64,000 nt of DNA from Anthoceros angustus (GCA_010909165.1 MU008192.1:62001-126000); one strand, 5' to 3'. Shown: positions 1 to 14,020, counted from the first letter of the stretch. Numbers and translations: made by a program. Notes: generated by a model not told the origin, from the sequence alone.

Positions 1-682
1 GCTCCAACATAACACAGTGGTGAAGCCAGCGATCCATCTCCCGCTCCGCATTAAAGCCGTCAGCTTAAGATCCATGGCGCTCCACCTTGCTGTGATCACC
101 GCCCAGCTGCAAATTCTGCTCTTCATACTCATACGTCTAGGGTGTTTCCTGCTTCGACTGATCATGAGGACGAGGGAGGGTGGATTACTCTCAAGCGCTT
201 AGGCCGTCAAGCGCGCGCTCGAGGAGGACTCCTACCAAAGACCGGGTCACCCGGCCCATTCCGGATGGATGGCGATAGGAGCTGGAAATGGGAGGGGCGG
301 CACAACGCCGGCCAGTATATTTGCGCAGGTGGTTACCATGTAGCACTCAATGTTACCTTGACTTGGAGCAGAGTTCGTGAGGGGGAGACACTCACCCTAC
401 CGGCACACGCTGTGGGAGAGGAAGGGAAGCAAGGGCTCCTCAATCAACTTCAGAAAGCTACAGAGCTCATGGGGCAGCTGAAAGAGAAGTATGGGCAGGA
501 GTAGGGCTGTCGAGACAGGCATACAGATGATTAGGTATGTCCCTTACGCTTCATCCATCTGATCATGTGTCATTCAAGTATACATGGCTGCAGAAGGCTA
601 ACTGTGTCGTTGCTCGTGCAGCAAAGACAAGTCATCTGGGAGGTGCAAACTAAACTTTCATATCAGGAAGCACAAGCTTCCA

Positions 683-698
683 CCCCCTCTCCCCCTCA
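683..698 (-). other. polypurine tract of copia element 1
   Basis: Minus strand TGAGGGGGAGAGGGGG just downstream of the RNase H stop codon. Confidence 0.7.
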
Positions 699-710
699 GA
701 TGAGCAACTG

Positions 711-1226
711 TCACTCAAAATAGGCAGAATAGTCCCTCAATCCCATGCCTTCCATGTGGTAGTAGTGTTTGTATTTAGGCAGTCCTTTCGTAAGGATGTC
801 AGCCGTGTTTTCGTCTGTCTGTACATATTCCAATTTGAGAACACCTCTGTGGACCACATCTCGGATGTAATGATGTTGCACTTCAATATGCTTAGTGCGG
901 GCATGAAACTTGGAACTTTCAACTAATTCTAGAGCTGCAGTGTTATCGCAGAGTACAAGAGTCGGCTTCTCCTGCGGCTGGCCCAAGTCCTTGAGGAAAC
1001 TGCGTTCCCATTCAGCCTCTTTTGCTGCCTCAGTTAGGGACTTGTATTCAGCCTCGGATGAGCTGAGGGCGACAGATGCCTGCTTTTTGCAGCTCCAGGT
1101 AACAGCTGCTGTGCCAAGCAAGTAGCAATATGTGGAGAGGCTCCTTCGTGCATCGGAGTCTGAAGCCCAATCGGCGTCAGTGAAGCCCCTCAAGATAAGC
1201 TGCTTCTGCCCTGTGTTCTTGTACAT
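711..1226 (-). pseudogene. copia RNase H domain
   Basis: LRGFTDADWASD...SSSEAEYKSL...LCDNTAA...RTKHIEVQHHYIRD...NTADILTKGL. Confidence 0.92.
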
Positions 1227-1320
1227 GAGCCCGTATTTGTGTGTACCTTTGAGATAACGGAATATTCTCTTACTTGACCACCCAAAGGCACCGGGTGGAG
1301 TTCTCTAAGCTAAACTGGCA

Positions 1321-2552
1321 TCACAAGATAATCGTATGTCGTCGTGTCCAATTGGCGACAAATATCAAAGACCCAACGGCATGCCTGTAAGGTATATCTT
1401 GCATGTCCAGTTTTTCTGCTTGCGACTGAGGGCACTGGTATTTAGTCAGCTTCGTCCCTGCAGCATAGGGTGTGGTAGCTGGCCTAGCTTCATCTAGGTT
1501 AAACTTCCTGAGAATTTCGTTGATATACTTGTACTGGTGAATGAATAACAGGCCTTCTGCCCTTACACGGAGGAGTTGGATTCCTAAGCAGAATTTGAGC
1601 TCCCCTATGTCTTTCATGTCGAATCTGCTGCTGAGTTTGTCTTTTACAGATGCTAACAGCCCTTGGTCGTTTGTGGCAAATATTACATCATCCACATAAA
1701 GAGCCAAGATGACGATGGATGCTCCATGTGTGAGCTTGTACACATTACTGTCAGCTGCATTCTGGACAAAGTTAATGCTGAGCAGGTATAAGTGCATTGT
1801 TATGTACCAAACGCGCCCACTTTGATTAGGCCGTAGATACATTTCAGGAGCTTTAACACTTTGTCTGCATGTTGCTTGTCCTCATATGCTTCAGGCTGCA
1901 GCATGTACAGCTCTTCTTCGAGAGCACCATACAAGAATGCAGTGCAGACATCCATCTGCTGTAAATCCAGGTCGAACTCAGCAGCATAGGCAAGAAGAAT
2001 TCTTATTGACTGTGTGCGAACGACGGGCGAGAAGGTCTCTTGATAGTCAAGGCCTTCCACTTGGGTAAACCCACGAGCCACGAGCCTAGCCTTGTACCTG
2101 GCTACCTGTCCTTGTGCATTTAGCTTTATTTTAAAACCCCACTTACAGCTGATTGCCTTTCTTCCAGGTGGGAGATCTGCAAGCACCCAGGTCTTATTCT
2201 TAATGAGAGACTGGTACTCGTCCTCCACTGCAGCCTTCCACTGTACGTGCTGAGGACCAGTAAAGGCCTGCTGTAGAGTGGTGGGCTCTTCTGGAAGATC
2301 GGGGTTAGCAGCAGTAGCCATTGCAGCAGTTCGGGCAAAAGAGGTGGATCGAAAATCAATGGACTGGTAGCGAGGTTCTGCCCACTGGTCTGGAGGTGGT
2401 CGATGTCGAGTAGAGCGGCAAGGCCCTTGATCCACAACAGGTGGAGGCTGCTCATCGGGTTCTTGCTCAACAGGCTCGTACTGTACAGGCTCACCAGCAT
2501 AAAGGTCCAAGTCATCGGCATCATCGACGGCTATGTGTTCGTCATGATCCAA
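1321..2552 (-). pseudogene. copia reverse transcriptase (RVT_2), split by frameshifts
   Basis: WKAAVEDEYQSLIKNKTW, ARLVARGF, QQMDVCTAFLYG, ILALYVDD, FDMKDIGELKFCLG. Confidence 0.92.
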
Positions 2553-2600
2553 AAGAATAGCTGGTCAGCGGCAACTGGCTGGACATCAGCAACATCAGGT

Positions 2601-3623
2601 TCAGATCAAAAGCATCCTGAACAGGTGCATCTTCAACATCAAGATCCTCCACTGTGTCAAGATCAGCAACAAGATCGACAGGAGCAGGATCCTCGTCATC
2701 CAGCGGGTAAGAAGTTGCTCCTCTGTCTTAAAAGCGGCATCCTCGATGCCTGTGGTTACATCGTCACTAACAGATGTGGTATTGGCAGGTGCAGGAGCAT
2801 GAGGCTCGAGGAAAGTAACGCTGCGAGCAAGTATCATGTCCTTGGTCTTTGAATTGTAAAGTTTATATGCCTTTGAACGCTCACTGTAGCCAACAAACAG
2901 AAGTCCCTGTGCTCTAGGATCCAGCTTTCGTCGCTTCTCAACAGGTATGTAGGCAAAAGCTCGTGATCCGAATACCCTCAGATGCAGGAGACTTGGTTTC
3001 TTATGCCAGAAAACCTCATATGGTGTTTTAGAGGGAACAGAACTTGTCAGCACTCTATTCAAAATATAAGTTGCTGTCACAATGGCTTCAGCCCAGTATC
3101 CTTGCGGCAGACCTGCCCAGATAAGCATGGATCTTGTCATTCCAAGCAAGGTTTGATTTTTGCGTTCTGACACACCATTTTGCTGGGGTGTGTAGGGCAC
3201 GGTGAGCTGCCTCGATATGCCATGTTCCTGGAGTAGAATGTCAACCTCGGCGTTGACAAATTCAGTACCATTATCCGTTCTTAATGTCTTCAATAGCATG
3301 CCAGATTGTCTTTGTGCTGTATGAAGCCATTCTTTGAAGAACTCAATAGTATCACTCTTAAGACGCATAGGAAAAGTCCAAGTATACCTACTGTAGTCGT
3401 CTGTAAGGGTGAAGAAATATTGAGAGCCTCCCAGCGATGGGGTATGAATCTTTCCAGATATATCCGCATGTACTAACTCAAGGACCTGCCTGGCTCTCTG
3501 TGCAGGAGCAGTGGGGAAAGCTGATTCCTTTTGTTTTGCCATTATACAAGACTCACAGACAGGTAAGTTCTTGAAAAACTTTGGCAACGGTTCCCTATGG
3601 CATTCTGTAACAGACATGTCCAC
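2601..3623 (-). pseudogene. copia integrase (rve plus SH3-like C-terminus)
   Basis: CESCIMAKQ, VHADISG, DDYSRYTW, RTDNGTEF, TPQQNGVSERKN, YWAEAIVTATYILNR, KRRKLDPRA..LFVGYS. Confidence 0.93.
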
Positions 3624-5227
3624 TAACTTGGATCACACGTTGACTTAGCCTAGCATGCCACAGATCGCCTCCCCGCGGTGAGCGGGTGAGCTAGTAGTGT
3701 ACAGATGTCTGCGGCCTTTTTTACAGGTAATGTCCAAGCGGTACAAGGAATGTTCAGGGATTCCTCTAAAGACACATTTGCGAAGTGATATGACTCTGTA
3801 AAATGAGCAATGCTCAGAATCTGCATGCATAACGAAGGTGCGTAGGCGCATGAGCTGACTCATAGACATGAGGTTCTTAGCCATGCTAGGGACGAAGAGA
3901 ACATCTTCGAGAGTGAGGTCTGTGTTATCTTTTAGCCTGAAAACACACGTACCCCTGCCTTCTATATGCAAGCTTGTGTTAGATTGCTCATCACCTAAGA
4001 GGACCTTCTCATGGACATGAATAAGGTCAAGGGAAGTAAACAACTCCCTCTGCTTACAAATATGTGTTGTGGCCCCAGAGTCCAGGTACCAGCTCTCATC
4101 GTCATGTGTCGTGCTTGACAGACATACGGTGAGGATCTTTACTGGCGCCTTCTCAACAGGCTGTTTATCCTTCACTGCAACACTTGCAGCAGGTCTGACC
4201 TGTTTTTGAGGCTCACCAGCTTTTCGTTTGCGGCACTCACGGGCCCAGTGGCCAGCGATACCGCACCAGTTGCAGGTACCTGGTCTCTTGGAACTTGAGG
4301 ATTCAGTCCTCTCCTTTCCTTGTCCTTGAGTATAATTTCCTCCCCTGAATTTGCCACATCCCTTTGGGAGGCGGAAATTACGTGCCCGCTNTGCTCTCTG
4401 CAATGTGATGTGCGACTTTCAAACCTCTTCTTGTACGCAATTGCTTTCTTGTCTTTCAAACCATGCCTTGACCACGGTAACTCGGTGCAATGGCGAGGCA
4501 TGTGTGGTTTTCATCTTTGTTCTAACAACTTGCTTTGGTTGGATTGAAGTGCAAGCCTTGTACGTTGGGCTTGGGTATCGATCTGGATGGATTGCGAGGC
4601 TGGCTGGCTACGAGTTGCGTGTTTGTGCTCATTTTTCAGCTTGGTGTTGCGAGCCTAGGTGAGATCCTTTTGTATCATGTTTGTTACGCAGCACTTAGCA
4701 CCACGGCAGAGACAAAAGAGTCCATCCTCTTGTCGGGTCATGTATCACAGCCTCTGTCTTGTCCGCGAGTTGACACACCATTCGATGTTTCAACCGCCAA
4801 GTTGAAAATCTCTCCCTTATTTTGGTTGCATAAGCCTCTCTACTACCAAGTAGCTGTAGTCTATATGCTTGCACGCCTTGCAACAAATGTTTCACGGTGA
4901 GAATCGGAAGCCATGAATTGAGGGCTAAAACAAATTAAGGGTCACCAAGACCTTTTAGCAGACATTTGAATCAACTCTTTCAACGTACTGAGTGAAGGTC
5001 AAATCTGCAGGCCCTTCTTCCTTTCTTTGGCATCGACGACTTAAAAATGGGACAGGCCAACAAAGCAGTGGTAAGGAACAGAGTGCAGTTTGTACCTCTT
5101 TAGCCGTGAAAAAACTTCTTTCTGCAGACTAGTGGAATTGAACCTGGAGCATCCCTGTTATCATCCCATTTTTTAATAAAGTATTTTCATTGAGTAATTA
5201 TTATTTTATAAGCCAAATGGGGAAAAA

Positions 5228-5515
5228 TTGAAGCAGGGGGAGCAGGCGAGCAGGCAGCGGGCGAGGCAGCGGGCGAGGCAGCGGGCCAGGGCAGTGGGCG
5301 ACAATGATGGGCGAGGGGCGGTGGGCGACCAGCAGTAGCAACGGAAAGAAATAATGGGAGCAGGGTTAGGGTATGGGTTAAAGATGAGTTAGGAAAACAA
5401 CGGTTCCTAAATAGCATAACAACGGTATTTGTTGTTTTCAACTAGGTTCGGGTGGCGTTGTTTTCCAACTTTTCCGTTTTTTTACAAACATCGTTGTTTT
5501 CACACGTTGTTTTGG
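5228..5515. repeat. GC-rich 12-mer repeat (GCGGGCGAGGCA x3) followed by a cluster of direct and inverted AAAACAACG motifs; probable DNA-transposon terminus
   Basis: GAAAACAACG near 5394 versus CGTTGTTTTC copies at about 5456-5510; small hairpin AACAAC-ggtattt-GTTGTT. Confidence 0.4.
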
Positions 5516-7704
5516 ATCCTCAAATGTAGTAGTGCAAGGACTTGGATGCATTCCTTCCCAAACCCCAAAGACCAAGGACTTGAGTCCTACCTATTTGAAT
5601 AGATAGGACTCTAGGACTCGGTAAGACGGACTTGGCCACCGCTTCTCGGTGTGACCACACCAAAGTAATCCTCCCATCACCACTTCCTAGGACTCCCCTC
5701 TTGTCGTGGGAAACTAGGCGAGGTAAGAGGAGCCTCGCCACCGACATTCTGCAAGGAGTCGGTGAGGTCCTCGGGTTAAACAACATGTTCAAGCCGACTT
5801 GTTGGATGAGAAGCTTGTTTCTTTGAATATGCGGGTGGTCATTGTGCTTCTCCTTCCAAGTCGAGCTCTCGGCAAACTGAGCACAGGAGGTGTGCGGATT
5901 GGATATGGGGTCGTGACACTGTAACCATCGGCCACGTTATGTGAGTAGAAGCTTCAGGCCGTTGGAGCTCTGTAAAATCTGAATAGACTATTCTATTCCT
6001 CGATCCGACTTATATCGTGCTAAAACTTTGTGCGGATAAGAAGGACATGGTTGTGGGATAGCGTTCATGATCTCACATCAAACTTGAGTGCAGTCAATCA
6101 CATACTTGGGGAACCATATCTTGCGGATGTATGTGCGGAGGTAGGCTACGGAGGGTGGGCAAACCAAATCCCTTCATGTGGTTTTCAATAATCTCACATG
6201 CTACACATGGGGAGCCTAATGAGGCGATACAACTTTACTATGCGATGTGTCGCTCGGTGTGAAGGCGGATGCCCACATCTTTATGTGACCCTTCAAGCTT
6301 GTGCATTTCTTTGTGGACACGGAATCTAGCGAAAGTGCGGCATGATATGTTGCGGTGACGATTCCACCGAACTTGTACTTATTGCCAATGCGGTGGAGGG
6401 CTCAAGGCGGTATGAGGTTGAGCATTGCAGTACCTCTGGAGGAGCTGGTGCTTGAGCAAAAGACTCTCGTGGACATGAGGTGGGTGTCTCCACTCATGGC
6501 TCGGTGGCCGATGACGTGTGGGGCGCCTCAATGTAGGGGTACCTCATGAATTGTTGCGTACCTGCGGAGGAGCCAGTCTTTGGGTTTACCTCGGGAAGGA
6601 TGATGTCTGAGGTTGGATAGAGTACGAGGGGAAATGGGCTGCACTAGTTGTTGAGGAGGTGCTGTTGTGGGGAACAGTCTTTGGTTGTTCTTGAGTTGCA
6701 TCTTGAACTTAGAAAAATCGATACTAGGTTGTCGGTGGCATAGTCATGGCCCCTCAAGATCAAGAGGGACTCGACAAGGGATGGATAACCTTGGATGCTA
6801 GGCACGAGGAGAGGATTAGATGTGAGAGAGGAATGGAGGTATGTGTGAAGAAGGTGGGATTCATTAAAATGGACCTTTGCGGGAAAATGACCTCTCGGGA
6901 AGGCTGGGTCGAAGAGTTTATAGGCTTTGACCTGATCGGAGTATCCGATGAAGAGCAGCTTGCGGCCTTTGTCGTCCCACTTCTTGCGAGTTTCATCTGC
7001 TATGTGGGCAAAGGCTGGGCTCCCAAAAATGCGAAGATGAGAGACTCTAGGCTTGTTCCCGCTCCATCTCTCAGAAGGAGTAGTGTTGGGCAAGTCTTTT
7101 GTGGGGAGTCTATTTTTCAAGTAGTTAGAAGTAGGCGGCACCAGCCCTTAGAGAGGCTAGCTTGAGCAAGGCGTGCAATTTCCGGTGAGGAGCGATTAAG
7201 GCGTTCGGCAAAGGATTACGAGGGTGTAAGGTGCGATGGTTGTCTTGAAATACCTTTGGATTCTGAAGGCCGAAGGCGTTGCTTGTATACTCACCCCGTT
7301 GTATGCGGGGTTGTGACTGGAATCTGTTTGGCGCTTTTGTGAGGATGAACTCTTGGAAGCGGTGAGTGCCGTCCTTATGTCGAGGAAATAGATGTGGCAA
7401 TATCACTCACTCATCTAAGAAGGTGATGAAGTAAAGTGACCGCGAGGGAGGTGGTGCTCATGGGGCCGCATATATCCGGTGAGCGGTCTCGAGGCAGCAG
7501 GCACGGGTAGGTGATGGGTCTTTGAAGGGTGGTGATGTAATTTGGTGTATTGGCAAATTTCACGGAAGAAGTCTTTAGGGACCCTAATCTTGGCCAGGTC
7601 TCGGTACATCTTGGGGTTTGCTAGCATGTTGAGATATCTTGGGTTCATGTGTCCTGCTCTCTGCGCCAAAGCGACTCATTTCTTGAAGTAGGAGGAGTGC
7701 TATC
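5417..7704 (-). repeat. Tandem duplicate (about 2.29 kb) of 7705-9988, carrying the degenerate copia-2 integrase/RT/PPT/LTR end
   Basis: Near-identical blocks (ORFs 6355-6549 and 8648-8842 translate identically); junction tatc-AAC-aacggtatt at about 7704. Confidence 0.92.
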
Positions 7705-7809
7705 AACAACGGTATTTGTTGTTTTCAACTAGGTTCGGGTGGCGTTGTTTTTCCAACTTTTCCGTTTTTTTACAAACATCGTTGTTTTCACACGTTGTTT
7801 TGGATCCTC

Positions 7810-10800
7810 AAATGTAGTAGTGCAAGGACTTGGATGCATTCCTTCCCAAACCCCAAAGACCAAGGACTTGAGTCCTACCTATTTGAATAGATAGGACTCT
7901 AGGACTCGGTAAGACGGACTTGGCCACCGCTTCTCGGTGTGACCACACCAAAGTAATCCTCCATCACCACTTCCTAGGACTCCCCTCTTGTCGTGGAAAC
8001 TAGGCGAGAGTAAGAGGAGCTCTCGCTCGCTCACGACATTCGGTGCAAGGAGTCGGTGAGGTCCTCGGGTTAAACAACATGTTCAAGCCGACTTGTTGGA
8101 TGAGAAGCTTGTTTCTTTGAATATGCGGGTGGTCATTGTGCTTCTCCTTCCAAGTCGAGCTCTCGGCAAACTGAGCACAGGAGGTGTGCGGATTGGATAT
8201 GGGGTCGTGACACTGTAACCATCGGCCACGTTATGTGAGTAGAAGCTTCAGGCCGTTGGAGCTCTGTAAAATCTGAATAGACTATTCTATTCCTCGATCC
8301 GACTTATATCGTGCTAAAACTTTGTGCGGATAAGAAGGACATGGTTGTGGGATAGCGTTCATGATCTCACATCAAACTTGAGTGCAGTCAATCACATACT
8401 TGGGAACCATATCTTGCGGATGTATGTGCGGAGGTAGGCTACGGAGGGTGGGCAAACCAAATCCCTTCATGTGGTTTTCAATAATCTCACATGCTACACA
8501 TGGGGAGCCTAATGAGGCGATACAACTTTACTATGCGATGTGTCGCTCGGTGTGAAGGCGGATGCCCACATCTTTATGTGACCCTTCAAGCTTGTGCATT
8601 TCTTTGTGGACACGGAATCTAGCGAAAGTGCGGCATGATATGTTGCGGTGACGATTCCACCGAACTTGTACTTATTGCCAATGCGGTGGAGGGCTCAAGG
8701 CGGTATGAGGTTGAGCATTGCAGTACCTCTGGAGGAGCTGGTGCTTGAGCAAAAGACTCTCGTGGACATGAGGTGGGTGTCTCCACTCATGGCTCGGTGG
8801 CCGATGACGTGTGGGGCGCCTCAATGTAGGGGTACCTCATGAATTGTTGCGTACCTGCGGAGGAGCCAGTCTTTGGGTTTACCTCGGGAAGGATGATGTC
8901 TGAGGTTGGATAGAGTACGAGGGGAAATGGGCTGCACTAGTTGTTGAGGAGGTGCTGTTGTGGGGAACAGTCTTTGGTTGTTCTTGAGTTGCATCTTGAA
9001 CTTAGAAAAATCGATACTAGGTTGTCGGTGGCATAGTCATGGCCCCTCAAGATCAAGAGGGACTCGACAAGGGATGGATAACCTTGGATGCTAGGCACGA
9101 GGAGAGGATTAGATGTGAGAGAGGAATGGAGGTATGTGTGAAGAAGGTGGGATTCATTAAAATGGACCTTTGCGGGAAAATGACCTCTCGGGAAGGCTGG
9201 GTCAAGAGTTTATAGGCTTTGACTGTCGGACCGATGAAGGCAGCTTCGGCCTTTGTCGTCCCACTTGCGAGTTTCATCTGCTATGTGGGCAAAGGCTGGG
9301 CTCCCAAAATGCGAAGATGAGAGACTCTAGGCTTGTTCGCTCCATCTCTCAAAAGGAGTAGTGTTGGGCAAGTCTTTTGTGGGGAGTCTATTTTTCAAGT
9401 AGTTAGAAGTAGGCGGCACCAGCCCTTAGAGAGGCTAGCTTGAGCAAGGCGTGCAATTTCCGGTGAGGAGCGATTAAGGCGTTCGGCAAAGGATTACGAG
9501 GGTGTAAGGTGCGATGGTTGTCTTGAAATACCTTTGGATTCTGAAGGCCGAAGGCGTTGCTTGTATACTCACCCGTTGTATGCGGGGTTGTGACTGGAAT
9601 CTGTTTGGCGCTTTTGTGAGGATGAACTCTTGGAAGCGGTGAGTGCCGTCCTTATGTCGAGGAAATAGATGTGGCAATATCACTCACTCATCTAAGAAGG
9701 TGATGAAGTAAAGTGACCGCGAGGGAGGTGGTGCTCATGGGGCCGCATATATCCGGTGAGCGGTCTCGAGGCAGCAGGCACGGTAGGTGATGGGTCTTTG
9801 AAGGGTGACTGATGTAATTTGGTGTATTGGCAAATTTCACAGAAGAAGTCTTTAGGGACCCTAATCTTGACTGGGTCTCGGTACATACTGGGGTTTGCTA
9901 GCATGTTGAGATATCTTGGGTTCATGTGTCCTGCTCTACAGTGCCAAAGAAACGATTCATTTCCTGAAGTAGGAGGAGTGCTATCAACGAGGAAGGCAGA
10001 TGAGGACTGAATATTGAGGAGATAAAGGTTGTTGAAGGGTTGTGTGCAAGGGGGCATTTGGTGAGGGTCTTTGGGATGATGGTGCGGTGATTACCTTGGA
10101 AGTTAATGACCAGATCGTGTTCAGTGGCGAGTTTTCGGATTGAGAGCAGGTTCTTGGTCATGGCAGGGACGTGTAGTACGCCGTTGATAGTGAGGTCTCT
10201 CGATTGTGGTATTGGACCTCTCCAGATTCCTCGGCGAGGAGTGCCTTTATCATCCCAAGGAGAACGTGCTGGTCTTGTAGGATACTGTGATATGAGGTAA
10301 ACATGTCCTTGTTTGCGAGATGTGAGTTGTGGGTCCGAATCCGGGAACCCGGTGGCATGTGTCTCTTGTAAGAGTGAGGCATGAGAAAGGATCAAGTTGG
10401 TTGGAATCTTTGATACGTCGTCATGTGAGACTCATTCGGCAGCCTCCCTCCTTGGCTACTTTGCCATCTTTTTCTACACTCACTCTCATGGTGGCACAGT
10501 ATTACACACCACTTGCAAGATCCCTTCGATGTCCGTCGCTCAAAGGGTCGATTGCTTGAGGAAGGATAGTTTCCTTGATGAGTGTGCGATTGGCCTTGAG
10601 AGTTGGGGCTTCTCTGGATGAGAAACCACCGCGTCCCGCCTCTTCTCTCCGCCTCGTCCGGACGTGAAAAGTGCTTGGTTGGGTCCAGTGTTGGACGGGG
10701 TTCTTCAGCTGGACTCCTCCTCGAGTGCTCCTCGACCAGTGAGTGTAGGTGGTGGTGTTCTGTAGTTGATTGGGCTTGCCTCGTGAGTTTTGTGGTGGCG

Positions 10801-11870
10801 AAAGTCTGTGATCTGAGCAAAGAGGTCGATAATGCCTTGGAGTTACTGTAATGCTCGTCAGCTTGGCGAGCTTGGCCCATGGACGGAAAAGCGTTTATGT
10901 CTTTGCTCGGCTCTGTCTTTCATCCTCAGTGAGTAGAATTGCCTTGTGGCGTTGATCAGTGACATTGAGCTCTGCGCTTGGAACATGTCCTTGAAGGTTT
11001 TCCAGATATCGTGAGCGGTTTTTTTTCCCTGGGTATGCTGGAGCATGCTCTTGTCTATGGTTGAGATCAATATGCTACGTGCTCTACAATTCTTCTTCTG
11101 CCAGGCTGCAATCGAGTCGGGTGTGCCGACAGGATTTGTGGTGGCTGAAGGTATGGGTGCAGTTCCGTCAGTTATTGACATTAGATCGTGTTCTTCTAGG
11201 AGTGCGGTGACTCGCATCTCCCATATGTCAAAGTCGCTTCCGTTGAAGCGATCTCTATCTCGGAAATCTATTTTAGTGGTGTTGATTACAGTGGGATTAG
11301 CCATGACTGCTCTAGCGCGTTTTATTGCTGCGGTGCACTGCGGAGAGGATTGAAGGCTAGCATGCCATGAAGGAGGGCCTCCAATCTACAGACATCGATT
11401 GCTGCTCAAGGAGAGCCTGCTTAGCGACAAATGCAAGGCTTCAACTTGAGATTCTATGCTACGGAGTTGTGCACGAAGTCGTAGTGGGCAGTAGTCAGCA
11501 GATGTGGTGGTTGCTTCGTAGTCCTCTTCAAAGAATGCTTGGTGGAATCCATGGTGAAGGTTGGTCCGTCTTGCTGGTGTCGCTCCGATGTTGGGGCGTG
11601 TTGAGGATGCGGTTCTTGCTAGGTATTCTTGGGCTCGGGGCCCGAGACCTTCAAGAAGCGATGCTCGAGCTATCATCTCGCACTTCTGCAGTTGCGATCT
11701 TGGGCGTCGCCGCGTAGCGCCGAGAGTGTCGGGGGCATCGCGCGATCCTCAAGATCGTTGACTCCCGTTGCGGTCGGTTCGTCCGAGCTCCATCCCGCGT
11801 GAGATCGACCACGGGACCAGGCGGCGGGCCCGGCGAACGGGAAGGCAGTCGCTCACGATACTATAGCGGA
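7810..11870 (-). mobile_element. Degenerate Ty1/copia element 2 (gag, knuckle, PR, pre-integrase, integrase, largely deleted RT/RH)
   Basis: Gag MANPTV...FNGSDFDIWEMRVTALLE...AHDIWK (11304-10858); knuckle CKWCVILCHHESEC; VLHVPAMTKNLLSI; LWHCRAGH; RKKWDDKGRKLLFIGYS; PPT-like AAGAGGGGAG before an LTR-like stretch; PBS-like TAGTATCGTGAGC near 11855. Confidence 0.85.
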
Positions 11871-12079
11871 GCGATCGATGCGAGAAAAAGTGATTTATTG
11901 GTGAACAAGATGAGCTTAAGTACACAATCAGTGCGTGTAGTTGCAACTGCTATGCTGGCTGTGGCCATGCTACCATCAACTACCGGGGGTATGAGCCCGA
12001 TCTAATCAAACTCTGACCGTGCCCTAGCTGATCCGCGCCCAGCGCCACTCTGCTCCAACAACAGCTGGGCAGGCCGTTA

Positions 12080-14020
12080 TGGGCATGATTGCGCCTTGTC
12101 ATGCGGCGATTGTCAATGTCTGTGCCAGCACCCAAAACAAATGCTGCATGGCGCCACAGCCGCAGGAGAGGTGATGAGCCGCTGCAGTTCGAAGCTTTGC
12201 ACGATTCAAATCCATAGCTTACGTACCCTAGCTTTGTGTGGAGCTCGTCGTGGACAATGTCCCTTGCTCGCCTCAATCCGTTGGCTCATCAAATAAGCAT
12301 ATATTTCAGACTGTCTAATTCGTGTGTCCACATGGCTTAGGCCAAATGGGGACACATTTATACCAACGTCGCTGTTTCAAGCATCCTGCGCTTCCATCCA
12401 TACTTGATACTTGATAGGGTGCCTAGAGGGAGTGGATGCCCTTGCTGCCAGTAGCTTCAGCCCACCATTCATGGTTTCGTTAATGGCCTTAAATAAACTT
12501 CTTCTCCTCCATACAGACAGCATATTATTCGTGGAGAAACTTGTGCTCAAGACATTGAAGGTCACTCAAAATGATGAACCCGCATGGTGACCTAGTACAT
12601 CAAATCCAAGAATGAGACTCATGAATCTCTGGAATGGAATCTTTGTAAGAATGAGCCTCAATTGCCGATTCTGCCACCACTCCACCCATCGGATATGTTA
12701 CACCAACCCAGGTGAAGTCTGTCTCTCCATCCTAGGATGCCATTGCAAACAGCCCATGGCCAGGACTGATCAGCAGCAACATCAAATTAAAGTCAGCGTC
12801 TTCACACTTGGCACCTCAAGCCCGACGGCTGTGTACCAAACAGGAGCACCACCACAGGCACTGCCAAAAGAAACAACGCACATATGTATGTGTCGGGAAA
12901 CAACTATTGCAACACCCGACGACGGGATAGTGAGCACTTACAAACATGTATATTTCCACACTCTAATCAAGCATTTGTGCAAAAGCCGCGAGGCAGACAA
13001 GTATGGTGCCAATTCCCGTCCAGGAGTCATAGACACATCGGCGTATACGCACAAGCACACACGGCCACAAAGAGCGATCCGGATCACATATGATACGTCA
13101 TTCCTTTCATCTTTGACAAAATGCGAGACAATCAAGCCTCGTGAGATGAAGTTCTCAAAAATTTCTTCAACTTCAACCACGATTCCGTAGCCGGATCAAA
13201 CAGTCGCTTAGGTGGAATCACGACCATCCACTCTCACGCATTTGGTGAATCGTCTCCAGATGCATAGATGAGGAGTAGAGGCGGATGCTCGCGTCGCCGT
13301 GGTGCCCTTCGACGCCAAAGGCAAAGGCATAACCAAGCTTATCATGCGGTGTTGCAATCTTGTGCTCCACGAACCTGGCACCGCATCGTGGTGGCGCCGT
13401 GTTCGCAGGGCGGTGCAATGCTGCAACCTTTGTCCGTAACGACGGAGCTGTCATCTACGGTGATGATGAAGCTCCGGGTGAGAGCACGGTGGTCCGCATA
13501 CACACCAGACTTTAAAGCATGGGAGAAGCGGGTAGTGTTACGACGGTGGATCCACCGCTTCAGTATGAATTCTTTGAATGCAATTCTTCCGTGTCATGTG
13601 TGCGCTTGTTCGTGTAGGATGTCTTTGTTGCTCGAAGGATTGTCGTGATTGGGATTTTTTGAAATCATCGAACAGATGCGATCGGTGGGCCACCGATCAT
13701 TCATATGGTTTCCAGCACAAGCACGCTTTTAATTTCTGTAAGCTTTCGAGGGCACTTCATACTTGGGCACGGTGAGAATGTGAGGTGTGAAATTGCCTAG
13801 ATCCTTCCAGAGGCAGTGACTGGCTGTGCAGTCACTCTTTCACTTTTCGTTGGAACCCATGGAGCCCTTTGAGTCATGAGGCACCGAAGCATGGAGCACT
13901 TTTTGAACCAGCCTTTGTGGGAAAGTCAGGCCACCCACAGACGTCAGTGGGAAGACCTGGACATTGTGTGATGCGTGTGAGGAGTGAGCGAGTGGCGAGG
14001 CCTGAGTTCTGGCCCATGCC
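12080..14020 (-). mobile_element. Highly degenerate L1-like LINE ORF2 (RT to zf-RVT), copy A
   Basis: Motif remnants in LINE order across frameshifts: MISLV.P..KG, LKL...L.RILSKM, RELAPYL (QGCPLAPYL), LQF.D.TSLFL (FADD; clearest in copy C), SGL, and QHLFWV near the C-terminus. Confidence 0.6.

Larger units (their letters stand above)
683..4914 (-). mobile_element. Ty1/copia LTR retrotransposon internal region (gag-PR-INT-RT-RH), frameshifted; no LTR pair identified
   Basis: Minus-strand ORFs in copia order: zinc knuckle CNWCGIAGHWAREC and protease WYLDSGATTH (3645-4403), integrase LELVHAD...LRTDNGTEF...QQNGVSERKN (2601-3623), RT YKARLVARGFTQVEGLDYQETFSPV and LYVDD (1321-2552), RNase H FTDADWA...EAEY...CDN...TKHIEV...ADILTK (711-1226). 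Degenerate gag starts at ATG 4914. Confidence 0.93.

Noticed and set aside
142-504. 120-aa plus-strand ORF at the window start
   Set aside because: Non-ATG start in the track, no recognisable motif, and truncated context; cannot be supported.
5125-5170. GATAACAGGG resembling part of an I-SceI site, next to a B-box-like GGTTCAATTCC
   Set aside because: Only 10 of 18 bases match the I-SceI site and there is no full tRNA fold; treated as chance.
500-5200. LTR pair and PBS for copia element 1
   Set aside because: Sequence beyond the PPT does not match sequence upstream of gag, and no canonical TGGTATCAGAGC PBS was found.
12700-12830. Possible PHD finger (CQV..EDADFNLML...) on the minus strand
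   Set aside because: Cys/His spacing is not conserved among the three copies, and the segment fits better as the post-FADD part of the LINE RT.
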